A DNA stretch of 64,000 nt from Vicugna vicugna. Its lineage: Eukaryota. Below the pieces are notes generated by a model, which worked only from the letters and a program-made list of their open reading frames with translations, was not told the origin of the DNA and did no database searches. A program made the position numbers and the translations under genes. Positions within the stretch are counted from its first letter, which is position 1, and every line of letters begins with the position of its first letter. The stretch is from NCBI GenBank assembly GCA_013265495.1, contig MU058456.1, positions 434,001 to 498,000 on the forward strand, read 5' to 3'. Shown here one piece after another: positions 36,380 to 47,760 of the stretch.

Positions 36380-38384
36380 ATAAACATTTTTAATAAATAG
36401 CTTAATATATATTTTAGCAGAAATGAGTTTGAATTATTTTTCTTATTGACCTAATTTTTCTTGTGTCTCTTCAGATTTCCTGAGTTAGTGGTAAATGCTA
36501 ATTCCTGGGTGTTTGGCAACACATCTCGTGGCAGCTGACTTTTCTTTCAAGTCTTCCATTTCACTTTAAGAATCGTGTACATTTTGCATTCTGTCCTACA
36601 TGTAAGACATACGTTAACTTTTAAAAAATGACTACTTACCGCTGTAAAAGGGATGCATTAGTCAGGTATCCCGTGATCGTTCTGTGGCTTATGTGTACAC
36701 ATACCCCTCATGGGCCCTTTGGGGTACAGGTACCTCAGTTTGAGAAGCCTGATTCTGGAGCCTTGGTTACCATTTGGTCCTTGTGTGGGAAAAGGCCCTG
36801 AAGTTACTTTTGGAGAAAAATCTGGCCATGCCTGTTGCTGTTTTTCTCTACTGACTTCTCTACAAAGATGAGAACTCCTTCTGTTCAGGGATAGGTTCCT
36901 CCAAGCTCCCACCTCCAGCTTGGTTAATGTGTAACATACTTGGATTTGAACCTGAGGGCAACTGAAGTGTTGGTTCTCCGCCAGGCACTTTGTGGGGAGT
37001 CCAAGTGGAAATCCGTTGCCATTCAGTTATCAAATGTTAGGGCGGGAGCACAGTAGTTATGGAGAGTTGGCTGAAGAATATACTGTCAATACAATATTTT
37101 TTAAACTAAAATATTTTATTATCACCGTGCCTTATTTGCCCATCATTTGGTCCGTTTTATTATATATCTAGTTGCATATCAGTCTCAGATGTTCCCAGAG
37201 ATAACTCTAGCATCCTGTTAGATTCTGATGCTGAAAATGTTAGAATTTTAGTAATTAAGATCTTTCAAATATAGTTTCAGGGAATTTTCAAGCACTTTAA
37301 AAAGTCTTTATTGGTCCCCCACCCTCAACCAGTGTGCCTGCCTTGTTTTAAATTTTTTTTTTTAAATACATGCCTATCATCTAATTCTTCTAGAAATTCT
37401 GACAATGGTTGCTGGATCAGTTCAGCTCACCAGACAGCTGAGTTGCTGAACATCTAGTGTTCGTTCGACCCTTGGAACTGGTTCCTCTGAATGGTGCTTG
37501 GTTGGAGGCGGTCCGCTTACACTGAAGCACGCTCCTGAGAAAAATCCCTTGACACTTACTTACCTTGAGGATCATGTTACACAGTCACCTCGTTATGAGG
37601 ACACAGGGGACAGATTTCTCCCCGGCCTCGGTCCTGAGAGTTCCCCTGCTCTTGAGTAACCAGTTTGTTTGTTCTTAGGAACACTGTTTTTCATGTAACC
37701 GATACTGTTTCTTTCTCCGGCTGCCTAGGAACAGGATGAAAAGCCTGATTTGTGGCCTAGCTATCCATAGTGCTCAGAACCTCAAATCAGGTCTTTTCCT
37801 GTTCTATTTTGATTTTTTAAAAATTAAATTCGTGTTTTTAAAATTAAAGAAAAAATTCTTCACCTTTTCCCTTTTAACTCTTACTTCTTCCCTGTAGAAA
37901 AATGCACATGTTTGGTGAGCTGCCTTTTGTGCTTTTTGGACACAAGCAGGACTAAATCATTCTAAGAGGCTCTCTGTGACTGTGCAGTCACACTGACTGT
38001 CGTCTTCCCCTCAGTGGTTGGCAGAGCTCAGTGGAAAGTGTTTGCCCCTCTATGGCAGCCCAACACCAGAGTGAGGCATGAACGCCCTGGGGTGGCCCAG
38101 TGGATGGCCTGAGTGATGGAACCAGGCTCTGCCCAGGTACCCCAATCAGGCCAGCCCAGCCCACTCCTTTAAGACCAGGAACCCTGCTGCTTCCCTGTCC
38201 TAGGGTGTGCTCTAGGGTGTGGTCCTACCCCATCAATGCTCCAAATCTGACCAGACCTGCTAAAACCTGAGCCTGCCTGCAGGATGCAACCCCTGCCATC
38301 CTAGTGTTTCCTTCAGAAATCTTAGGGTCTGGGTTCACAAGAGAGAGAGGTCTATGGCTTCTTGTTTTTCATATCAGGTACACA

Positions 38385-38720
38385 TATCCACTTAGGCTAG
38401 GTTAAGCTGCAGATAAAAATATCACCAATTTTTTTTTTTTAAGCTTAAAACAGCATCAGGCCCATCGCAGGTCCACAGGGGCATTGTGGTCACTTGAGGA
38501 CTCAGACTCCCTGAGCAGCCTGTTTCTTGCCCTGCTGGTAATGGTCCCAGAGAACAGAGCCCTGAGAGGTTTCTGTCAACAACAGTTCAGTGTGCTGGTC
38601 TGGAAATGACACGTGTTACTTCTGCTCACAGCTTGTTTGCTGGAACTTGTTATGTGGTCCACAGCCAGGAAGGGCAGTACTGTCACATGCCTGGGGAAGA
38701 AGAGGACTAGAAATGCAAGG
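38385..38720 (-). mobile_element. Old MaLR LTR (MLT1J/K-like)
   Basis: 'ttaggctaggttaagctgcag...gcttaaaacagca...ttacttctgctcacagcttgtttgctggaacttgttatgtgg'. Confidence 0.55.
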
Positions 38721-39009
38721 TCCATCACACTCGTGACTCTCAGACTAGGTTTGGAATTAGCGTGGTGTTTTATTGTTTATACTCTTCTTCCTACCTTTGT
38801 TCCCCAGAAATCAACTTTCCAGGGTACGTGAGTTTCAGCAAAATAATAAATTAAATGTTTGTTAGTACAGGGACGTGGACTGGAACCAAGTGTGCAACTA
38901 TTGCAGATGAACTGTGTACTTGCTGAAGGCAGGAGTTAAATTGGAAATTAAACTTTACAGCAGCCCATGTGAAAAGGGAACTTGTGAGAAGGAAACTTGG
39001 TCCATAAGA

Positions 39010-39157
39010 TGGGGACTCTTAACCTGGAGACTAGGGAGATGTCTCTGCACTCCCTGAAGTTGTTGACAAAGTGTAGTATGTGCATGTGGAGAGAGGAATC
39101 ACAGCTTTCATCAGATTCTCAGGGGCATGTTTAACCCACAAGGTTAAAACCCACTGT
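39010..39157 (+). mobile_element. hAT-Charlie MITE remnant (MER103-like)
   Basis: 'cttaacctgg...cagctttcatcagattctcaggggc...aaggttaaaacccactg'; a related remnant lies at ~47440-47625. Confidence 0.5.
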
Positions 39158-39999
39158 GGGATACAGACCGTTTAGTCAGAAGAAGCACTGCAGATTTCTG
39201 ATGCTAAGCCCAGGCAGAAATTCCTCTCAGGGGTAACAGACACTCCCCTCACTTACACTGGACACAATGATGAGTTTCATAGGCGTGTTTATTGTGACAC
39301 TCGACAATGTAGGCTGATGGAATTCCATGGATGCTAATTCAGTAAAATCTAGTCTATATAAGGGACTAGGGGAGGTAGGTTTAATATCCAGAGGTGGTGG
39401 TTGGGACAGTTATGAGCCCCAAAATGCTTTCTGCTGATTTTGGCTTAATTTAGTTGCAGAGTAGAGAAGAAAAGGTGGATTCCATATCCTTCAGTTCATG
39501 ATCTTTCAGTCTCATTTCCCCCAGCTAGCTTTTGATAAGTATTTGGTGGTACCGACATTATTGAGATGGTAATTACTAATAGTACCTGGGATATAGTTTT
39601 CCTGTCTGCATATTTATTACGGCCCATACAGCCAGGGTATACACTAAAGAGAGGGACTTGGTACCTTGACTTGGAGAAACAGGAAACATACCTCACAGTA
39701 TGTTTGGGAGAAGTACTAAAATTATCTTCAGAAGTCATCTTATTTAAGAGGATGCTTACTTGTCATCTCACTCTATGACCCTGAATATTTTAAACATAGT
39801 AATTGCACTTTAAAAGGTAAATATGTTATTTTGTTCAAAATATCACAATATTAAATTACAAAAAGTCTTTTGTATATGACCTAGAGGTGACACTACTCTG
39901 GAAATCTTGATAGCCTTCAGGATTTTATGCACATACAGGCACCTAACAAATAAACAACAAACAAACAAAACACCTAGATGTGGCTCATAAGAGACACAC

Positions 40000-40530
40000 A
40001 AATTAGTAATCTAGTTTTTCCACTTAATGTATCTTAAGCATTTTTCCATATCAGGTTTTAAAATGATTTCACATTGTATGGACTGATTTCTTTCTGGACA
40101 TGTGGCTTGTTCTCATTCATTAAAAAAGTTTAGTTATAAACCAAAGTGTACTTTGATCACACACTTTTACATAAATCTTTATACACTTGTGTGATCTTTC
40201 TCTTAGGATAAGTTCCTAGAAGTTGAATTGCTTGGACAAAAAATGGATAGGTTTTAAGATGTTGGATGTGTATGGCATGTATGGTCCTTCAGAAAAACAA
40301 TGTAATGTATATGAGTATTTCTCTCACCCTTTTACTTGTATTGTCATTCTGAAAATTTGTTAATCTGATAGATGAAATATTACCCAGTGTTTCAATTTGC
40401 AATTCTTTGATTACTAGTGAAGTTAAAAATTGTCATATGTTTGTGGACAGTTTTTTTCCCTCCAATTTGATAATTTGTGTCTGTTGACATTTTTCTGTTG
40501 GGTCTTTTTCTTACTGATTGGTAAGAATTC
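40000..40530 (-). mobile_element. Old L1 (L1ME-type) fragment
   Basis: 'tcttaggataagttcctagaagttgaattgcttggacaaaa', 'tttcaatttgcaattctttgattactagtgaagtt'. Confidence 0.7.
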
Positions 40531-41029
40531 TGTTTTTATTTTTAGAGTTCCTTCCTGTCAGTTTTAGTGGTGTGTTAATGGGTGAAATTACCCATTTTAT
40601 TGTAGCTTGAAAGTTTGATTTTTCTTATTTTAAATCTTTCTTCCATATTGACATGTCTTCTGTTTCCTTGATTAAATTTTTGTTGGTTTTCGTTTCTGTA
40701 TCAAAGATTTTAAAATTAGCTACTTAATCACTTTTGTGAATCTTCAGTTGTTCTTTATTCTTACACTGTATGGAAGTTCCAGCTCAGGAATTCTTGAACC
40801 TTCTGTGTGTGCGGAGCTCCCTTGGAAGTCTGGGGAGGTCTGTGGTAGTCCAGGCAGTGGTGTACCAAGGGAGGGATGGTGGGAATAATCCACTCCAGGT
40901 GCAGGCAAAATGGGGGAGAGCATTTGAAACAACACTGAAACTGACAAAAAGCCAGCCTCCTTTTTATTATCACCATGTGCTGGCAATTCTAGGCAAGTCA
41001 GTCAGTGTATGCTTCTCCCCACTGGATGG

Positions 41030-41480
41030 ATCTCTTCCATCTCTTACCCCTTTAAAACATTACAAATATGTGGATCCAAGCAAAACTTTAAATGCATAAA
41101 ATAAAACACAAGGGTTATGAAGGAAACTAATATATTGAAATGCAGTTATCAAAATATTAAAGATATAAAATAGAGAAAAATATGTGCTCCTTTATTTAAG
41201 CATAGACTGACAAGATGTAGCAGTAGGTTTAATAATGTTAATTTAAAAGTCATAATGAGGATAAATGATACTTCAAGATTTCTAGGTTATAATGCGATAT
41301 GAAAACATCTGAGGATTTCTATTGGTGACAAAGTCACAGGTATGCAACTAGTCCTGTAGTTGTAGCCCACCTTCACGATGAGCGAAAATGCTCAATTTAA
41401 GAGTTGAAACAAAACATGAAGTTGTTTTCTTACCAAAGTTCATGGCCCTCTGAATTCAATCTTTGGATTGCTTGGGCATC
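41030..41480. mobile_element. hAT-Charlie-type DNA transposon remnant
   Basis: 'aaatgcataaaataaaacacaagggttatgaaggaaactaatatattgaaatgcagttatcaaaatatt...gtgacaaagtcacagg' resembles non-autonomous Charlie elements; the family is uncertain. Confidence 0.45.
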
Positions 41481-41679
41481 TGTGTAGCAAAGGGCTCTTT
41501 TCTAAATGGAATAGGCACTGTAGCCTTCATTTTAAGGACTATATATCTACCACATAGTCCAGTGAAATAAAACTAAGACTTGTGCTGGTGTTCTGTAGTT
41601 CTTGAGTAGAGAAGTAGAATGACTCAGTTACCAAGTGAGCCAGAAATAGATAAGGAATACTTGGGGTGCTGGAATTAAA

Positions 41680-42870
41680 TCTGCTGATACCCAGTAAGTA
41701 GTGTACTATGTATATATAGTGCATTATGTGAGCCAGTGCAGGGAGCAGGTCAAAGACCCTCTCTCCACAATAAGTTAATATGGTGAGTGATAAATAATTA
41801 CATGTAAGTTGAAGTGATGGAGGTTGGCTTAATTAGCTGGGATTGCCAGGGAGGGCTTCTTAGAGGAGGTGACATTTAAGCAGAGTGTTAAAAGGATAAG
41901 GAGGAGCCAGCCCTGTAACAAGTGGAAGAGAGTACAGCGAAGAGTTTGCAGGCCAAGGGAACTGCCGTGCTGAGGTGGTGAGGCAGAGAGAAGAGTTTGG
42001 TACATGTGAGGACTGAGAAGAGGCCACTGTGGCTCAGCATGGGAGGAACAGGGGGTCAAGAGAGCAGAAGCATTGAATGGAAAAGAGTTGGAGAGGAAGG
42101 CAGGACCAGTCATGCAGGACCATGTAGGCCTTGAGAGGGACTTGAGAATTAAGGCATGAAGGAAAGGCATTGGTTTGTTTTATGCTTTAGGGTGGTAGGT
42201 TCAAATTAGTCTTTAAAAGAACCATGCTGGTTGCTGGTTGGTGGGTCGTGTGGAGGGAGGCATGAAGATTGAAGGCCTGTGAGGAGGATGTTGAGGTTCC
42301 CAAGGAGAGAGAGCAGGTAGCACAGGAGATGGAGAAGAGGGGACAGAAAGTAGGAAAAACAGAACTTGGAACAGGATTGGGTAAAAAGTATGGAGCAGAG
42401 GCAGAAATCAAGGCTACTGCATGGGTTTTCAGTTCGAATGATTGATGCCATTTACTGAGATGGTGGAGGAGAGGATGGGCACTTTTGAGGGAACAGGAGT
42501 AGTTTAGGGTCCTGCTTTGCATGTGCTTAAGGTGCTTATTGGACAACCAGGTATCAAAGTTTTATAGACATTGAGTATCGGAGTCTGGAGCTCAGAGGAG
42601 ACCTTTGGACTAGAGAGAGAAATTTGCATCATTAGCATATAGATGATATTTAATGGCATAAGAATAGGTAACAAGCTGCAGAGAAGGTGTAGAGAGAAGG
42701 GAAGGTGTCCTAGTCTGAACTCTGAGGAGCTCCAATAAGTAGAGAAGGAACAATAGGAGAGTGAGAAGGAAAAACCAGAGAGAGAAGGAAAACCTGGAGA
42801 GTATGACATCATAGAAACCAAGAAGGGAGAGTATTTCATGGAGAGAGTGATCAGTGTGTTGATCACAGCC
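41680..42870 (-). mobile_element. L2 LINE, ~1.2 kb
   Basis: 'gccagggagggcttcttagaggaggtgacatttaag...gatgccatttactgagatgg...gagtctggagctcagaggagacctttggactagaga'. Confidence 0.85.
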
Positions 42871-42964
42871 TATGTTTAAAAAAAAAGAAGGAAGAGAGAA
42901 CTGAAAAGGAAAAGGGGGGAAAAATAAATGTTTTACATAATTAAAAAGGAAAATTAAAGTTAAA

Positions 42965-43065
42965 AAATTGTGCCCATAGTTAATAATTATGTACTGTGCA
43001 CATAAAGCTTTGTTGAGAGAGTAAATCTCATTTTAAGTGTTCTTACCATAATAAACAAAACAACA
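42965..43065 (+). mobile_element. L1MA 3' terminal fragment
   Basis: 'catagttaataattatgtactgtgcacataaagctttgttgagagagtaaatctcattttaagtgttcttaccataataaa'. Confidence 0.7.
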
Positions 43066-43195
43066 GAAGTCTTAAAAACCAAAAGAGAAAAAAAAATGTA
43101 TCTTGTCTTTCCAATGCGTTTCTCATTACAAAAGTATTTTAGCTAATAAAGAAGACAATCTAGAATATTACCGTTTTGCAAATACTAATAAAATA

Positions 43196-43412
43196 CAATT
43201 AACCTTTGAACAACCCAGAGTTGAGTTGCATGAGTCTACTTACATGTGGGTTTTGTTAATAAATAAGTCCCGTGATGCTACATAATCTGCGGCTGGTCAA
43301 ACCTGTGGCAGTGGGACTGTGGATACGGAAGGCCGACTGTGATGCTCTATGCAGATTTTCAGCTGAGAGGTGGTTGGGACCCCAAACCCCTGAGTTGTTC
43401 AAGGGTCTACTG
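43196..43412. mobile_element. Tigger2-family (MER8/Tigger2a-like) MITE with TIRs and TA TSD
   Basis: Left end TA|CAATTAACCTTTGAACAACCCAG; the right end reverse-complements to CAGTAGACCCTTGAACAACTCAG and is followed by TA (18/23 identical). Confidence 0.85.
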
Positions 43413-43779
43413 TAGTGGATTCAGATAGTGACCATTAATAGCTACTAACATCACAGAGACAACCAAACATCATGTACCCCCTGATGGAAGTGGGCAGCAC
43501 CACCTAGGATGTATTCTAGCCAAAAAACAAACACACAAAATGGTTCTGTTCAAGTCTCTGGATCTGCCAACTTAAAAGAATACAGGGAAAAGAGGAACCT
43601 GTTAAGTGACACCATGGGGATGCAATCAGCAAAATCTGAACCATGGGAAACAGCATATGGAACAAACTCTGATTTTGCCAACAAATAAGTTGCAATGGAT
43701 AAGAACATGGAGTAGGGACCTAAAGATTAAAAAATACTTTAAAAAAGGTATCAATCAATTACAAGGTATGAATGCTGGG

Positions 43780-44280
43780 TTTTTTTTAATTTATTTTTTA
43801 CTTGATGTATAGTTGATTTACAATGTGTTGCTTTCTGGTGTACAGCAAAGTGATTCAATTATACATATATATATGTATATATATATATATATATTCTTTT
43901 TATATATATATATATATTCTTTTATATATTCTATATATATATATTCTTTTTAAGATTCTTTCCCATTATGATTTATTGCAGGATATTGGATATAGTTCCA
44001 TGTACTATACAGTAGGACCTTGTTGTTTACCTATTTTAGGTATAGTAGTTTATATCTGCTAATCCTAAATTCCTAATTTATCCCTCCCTCACCCCGTACC
44101 CTCTTTGGTAACAATAAATTTGTCTTCTATGTCTGTGAGTCTGTTTCTATTCTGTAAGTAAGTTTCTTTGTATCCTATTTTAGATTCCACATAAAAATGA
44201 TATCATATGCTATTTGTCTTTGTCTGATTTAGTATGATAATCTCTAGGTCCATCCACGTTGCTGCAGGTGGCATTATTTC
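43780..44280 (-). mobile_element. Younger L1 3' end (antisense) with an expanded (TA)n tract
   Basis: 'tagttgatttacaatgtgttgctttctggtgtacagcaaagtgattc...ctatacagtaggaccttgttg...tctctaggtccatccacgttgctgca'. Confidence 0.85.
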
Positions 44281-46614
44281 AGCATGAATACCGTTTGCAT
44301 CTCAGTTTAAACAAACTGAAAACATTTTGAGACAGCTGGGGAAGTGGACCAACGACTAGATAGTTGGTATAAGCAATTACTGTTCAGTTTTTTAGATGTG
44401 ATATTGTGGTTATGTTTAGAAAGAGCTATCTGTTAAATATAAACGCAGAAGTTCTTACAGATGTAATGAAATGATGCCTGGGAGGGTGAGGAAGTGGGAG
44501 GGGACAGAGGAAACAAGAACAACCCTGACATGATAATAGAAGCTGGATCGTTATCCTCTCTGCTTTTGTCTAGGTTTGAAATCTTTCTTTTTCAAGTGAC
44601 TCTTAATCTTATCCCCATGAAGAATCACTAGATATAATTATGGTGTTATTACCCATAATTATACATGCTGAGAACACTCAATTCTGAGAGTACTCAAAAC
44701 CAGTGGCTGAGCACTTTGTCAAATACTGCTTCTGAATTGTACTGCACTGTCTTACATTGTCTACTGTTGTCTTTTCTGGGATGGACATGGCATTAATAAT
44801 ACCTTGGATTATGATTTGCCATGGTGTGTGATGTTACTGCTCATGTCGTTGGGAAACTGCGAAGAGGAGCACTGACCATGTTCTTCACCTAAAATTGAAC
44901 CTGTAGGTTTTGAACATAAACTGCCATGTAAATGTGAATTTCTGAACAGGTATCATTTAATTTCTCTTTTACTGAAGGATTATTAATATATTAATAAGCT
45001 GACATAAGCTTATGCTCATGTATATTTTAGGGGAGAAAGGGTTTTTGGGTGGGTCAGTTATCTGACATATAGAATTAAATACAAAAAGTACTTGCAGGTT
45101 AGACTTAGGAAAAATTCACTTTAAGTTTTTGCTTCCCATAAAATGTCAGGGGAAACAATTTTTTTCAGAAGAAGGGACCATTTGGAAGGGACTTCCAGGA
45201 GTGCTGACTTAAGGAAGTCGATGTGGAACTTCCTTATTTTTGAGGTACTATCTTTTGAAGCTGTTGATGTGCCCTGTGTGAGATGATGTCTTATATTACA
45301 GTATCCACATATATCTTCTATTTAAAAGTTTGTGAACATTAGTTACAGTTGCATGTGAAGTCCAAGTTAGCAAAAGAAATTAAAAAGAGTGAGAAAGTAA
45401 AACTGAAATGAATCCAAATGGGTATTGGTAGGCTTTTAATGAGAAGTGTTCTTCAGTTTTAACTTTGAGCAGAGGATGAGCACCCCACATTTCATCATCA
45501 TCAGACTAGCCGTCAGAGTGCTGTATTTTCAAATTTCTCTTTGGCTTCAACTGCTTTTTTTATACCAGGTTTTCTCTTTTGACATTCTTTTTATTTTGCT
45601 AGTTCAAATAAGCTTTTCCTTTTTTCCCCCTCCAAACAACATATTCCTATGGGTTCAATCTCCCTCCAAAAAATTAAGCTGTATTCCTTCTGTTTAAGTC
45701 ATCTTAAGTATAAATGCAAATGGAAAATCCATTTACATTCCTAAATTGTTGCTGATGTTTCTAAGGGATTTGTAGGGAAAGAAAGAAGAGCACAGCTTGA
45801 TTTTTATCGTATTCAAGTGACCCAGATAGCTTTCAGAAGCAGAAAACGAATTTTGACGAAGAGTTGCAATATTATTTGCAATATGAGTTCCTGTGTTCTG
45901 TAGAGTCCTTTATATGAACAAATGTTCATTTACAAGCCTTTATTTTTTTGAACCATGCCCTTTGCTTTTTAGTACCTATATTGTTTTAATAGTTAAACTG
46001 TTGGGGAAAACTTTAGTTTGACTTAGTTTTCCCTTTTTTTTTTTTTAAAGATTTAAAGGGAAATACTAAGATTCCATTAGATTTATGTGTGGACAATATC
46101 AAAAGCTCTTAAAGTCTTTACATAATGAGGATCTACTGATCAGACTTTCATTTCTCCGAGGATTAAGGTGATCACTGGCTGTATTGCCAGTTTTCATTTA
46201 GGCAGGGGAAAGTATGAAAACAGTTACTACACCCTGATTGTGTCAATCAAAATCTGTGCTCAGGGTAGTCTTTAATCATCCTTTCCTACTATCTCACTCT
46301 AGTTACTTTGTTTCTTAATTCACATTTTGAGAGACAGAGAGAGAGAGCTCATGGGATCAGCTCGGTTTATGGACTGAATCACCCTGAGAGAGGTACCCAT
46401 GCCTTTGGAATTATTACTGTTCTAGAAGGGGGCATGCCATCTGGTAGGGTGGGCTTCCAGGGGCTACAGGTGGGGATGGTCAAGGCTACAGAAGCTGGGA
46501 TCCAAACTAACACTGCATTATATCCCAAACAGGGATCTAGGAGGAATGACCACACGCACACAGTTCAAATGAGTTAGGATTCTTTGTTTTGAGAGCTATG
46601 TTTGTAGTGGTTGA

Positions 46615-47232
46615 TTTTTTTTTTTTTTTCTGGTTTTTTTTTTTTAATGTTAGTATGTTCAGTTTACCATGTTTCAATTTCTGTTTTACAACATAATATT
46701 TTATTCATAAATACAATTCATTTTCGTATTCTTTTTCATTATAGGTTACTACAAGACATTGAATATATTTCCCTGTGCTATACAGTAAAACCTTGTTGTT
46801 TATCTATTTTATATATAGTAGTTAGTATCTGCCAATCTCGAACTCCCAATTTATTCCTTCCCACTCCTTTCCCCCTGGTAACCATAAGTTTATTTTCTAT
46901 GTCTATGAGTCTGTTTCTGTTTTGTAAATAAGTTCATCTGTGTCTTTTTTTTAAGATTCTGCATATGAGTGATATCATGTGGTATTTTTCATTTTCTTTC
47001 TGGCTTACTTCACTTAGAATGACAATTTCCAGGTCCATTGATGTTGCTGCAGATGGCATTATTTTATTCTTTTTATGGTTGAGTAGTATTCCATTGTATA
47101 AATACACCACAACTTCTTTATCCAGTCATCTGTTGATGGACATTTAGATTATCTTCATGTCTTAAACAATATGGAGATTCCTCAAAAAAAAACTAAAAAT
47201 AGATTTACCCTATGTGACAGCAATCCCACTTC
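46615..47232 (-). mobile_element. L1 3' end with 5' inversion (twin-priming structure)
   Basis: Poly-T plus antisense L1 3' UTR runs to 47163, then a sense-orientation L1 segment 'aaacaatatggagattcctcaaaaaa...cagcaatcccacttc' at 47164-47232. TGATTTT flanks both sides. Confidence 0.85.
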
Positions 47233-47629
47233 TGATTTTCTTATTATTGAAATTGAAGAGGTTGTCACATACAAGGCATTTCTCTGAAATGTACTTGGCC
47301 ATGTCATAGCCAGGCTCTAACCTTTTATCAATAGGTGAGCATGCCCCAACATTTTCATTTGGGGAGGTAGTTTATTACAGGTCTTCGTATACCCTAGTGA
47401 CAGGGTCAGAGTCTGAGAACTAGGTGGGACCTTAGACGTCCTCCAGCATAGGGATTAGAGTGGGATTGATGGATGGGCTTCAGGGAGATGGTGGTGGTCT
47501 ACCTCCCCATAGTCACATATCATGTGTTGATCATGTGTCCACATTTTTGCAGGGGGAGATTGTGGGAATTTCATGAGCAATATCACAAGGGGACCCTGTG
47601 ACCAGGAAAGCTCAGAACCACCATAAGCC

Positions 47630-47760
47630 CACCTCTTTTATGTTACTGATGATGAAACTAAGGCCCAGGGAGATGAAGAGCCCTACTTCACATCACTTTT
47701 CTGAGTCATCAGAAAACTGAAATCAGACCTAGTTTGTTACTTCTTGTCCATCGCTTTTAT
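47630..47760 (-). mobile_element. MIR fragment
   Basis: 'ttactgatgatgaaactaaggcccagggagatgaag'. Confidence 0.6.

Larger units (their letters stand above)
43100..44590 (+). mobile_element. Old L1 (L1ME/MC-type) 3' region hosting two younger insertions
   Basis: 'gcagcaccacctaggatgtattctagccaaaaa', 'ggggatgcaatcagcaaaatctgaac', 'ttttagatgtgatattgtggttatgttt...tctgcttttgtctaggtttgaaat'. Confidence 0.65.

Noticed and set aside
44980..45014. 18-bp AT palindrome TTATTAATATATTAATAA next to the 12-bp palindrome CATAAGCTTATG
   Set aside because: Low-complexity AT-rich palindromes of this size are plausible by chance, and there is no supporting context.
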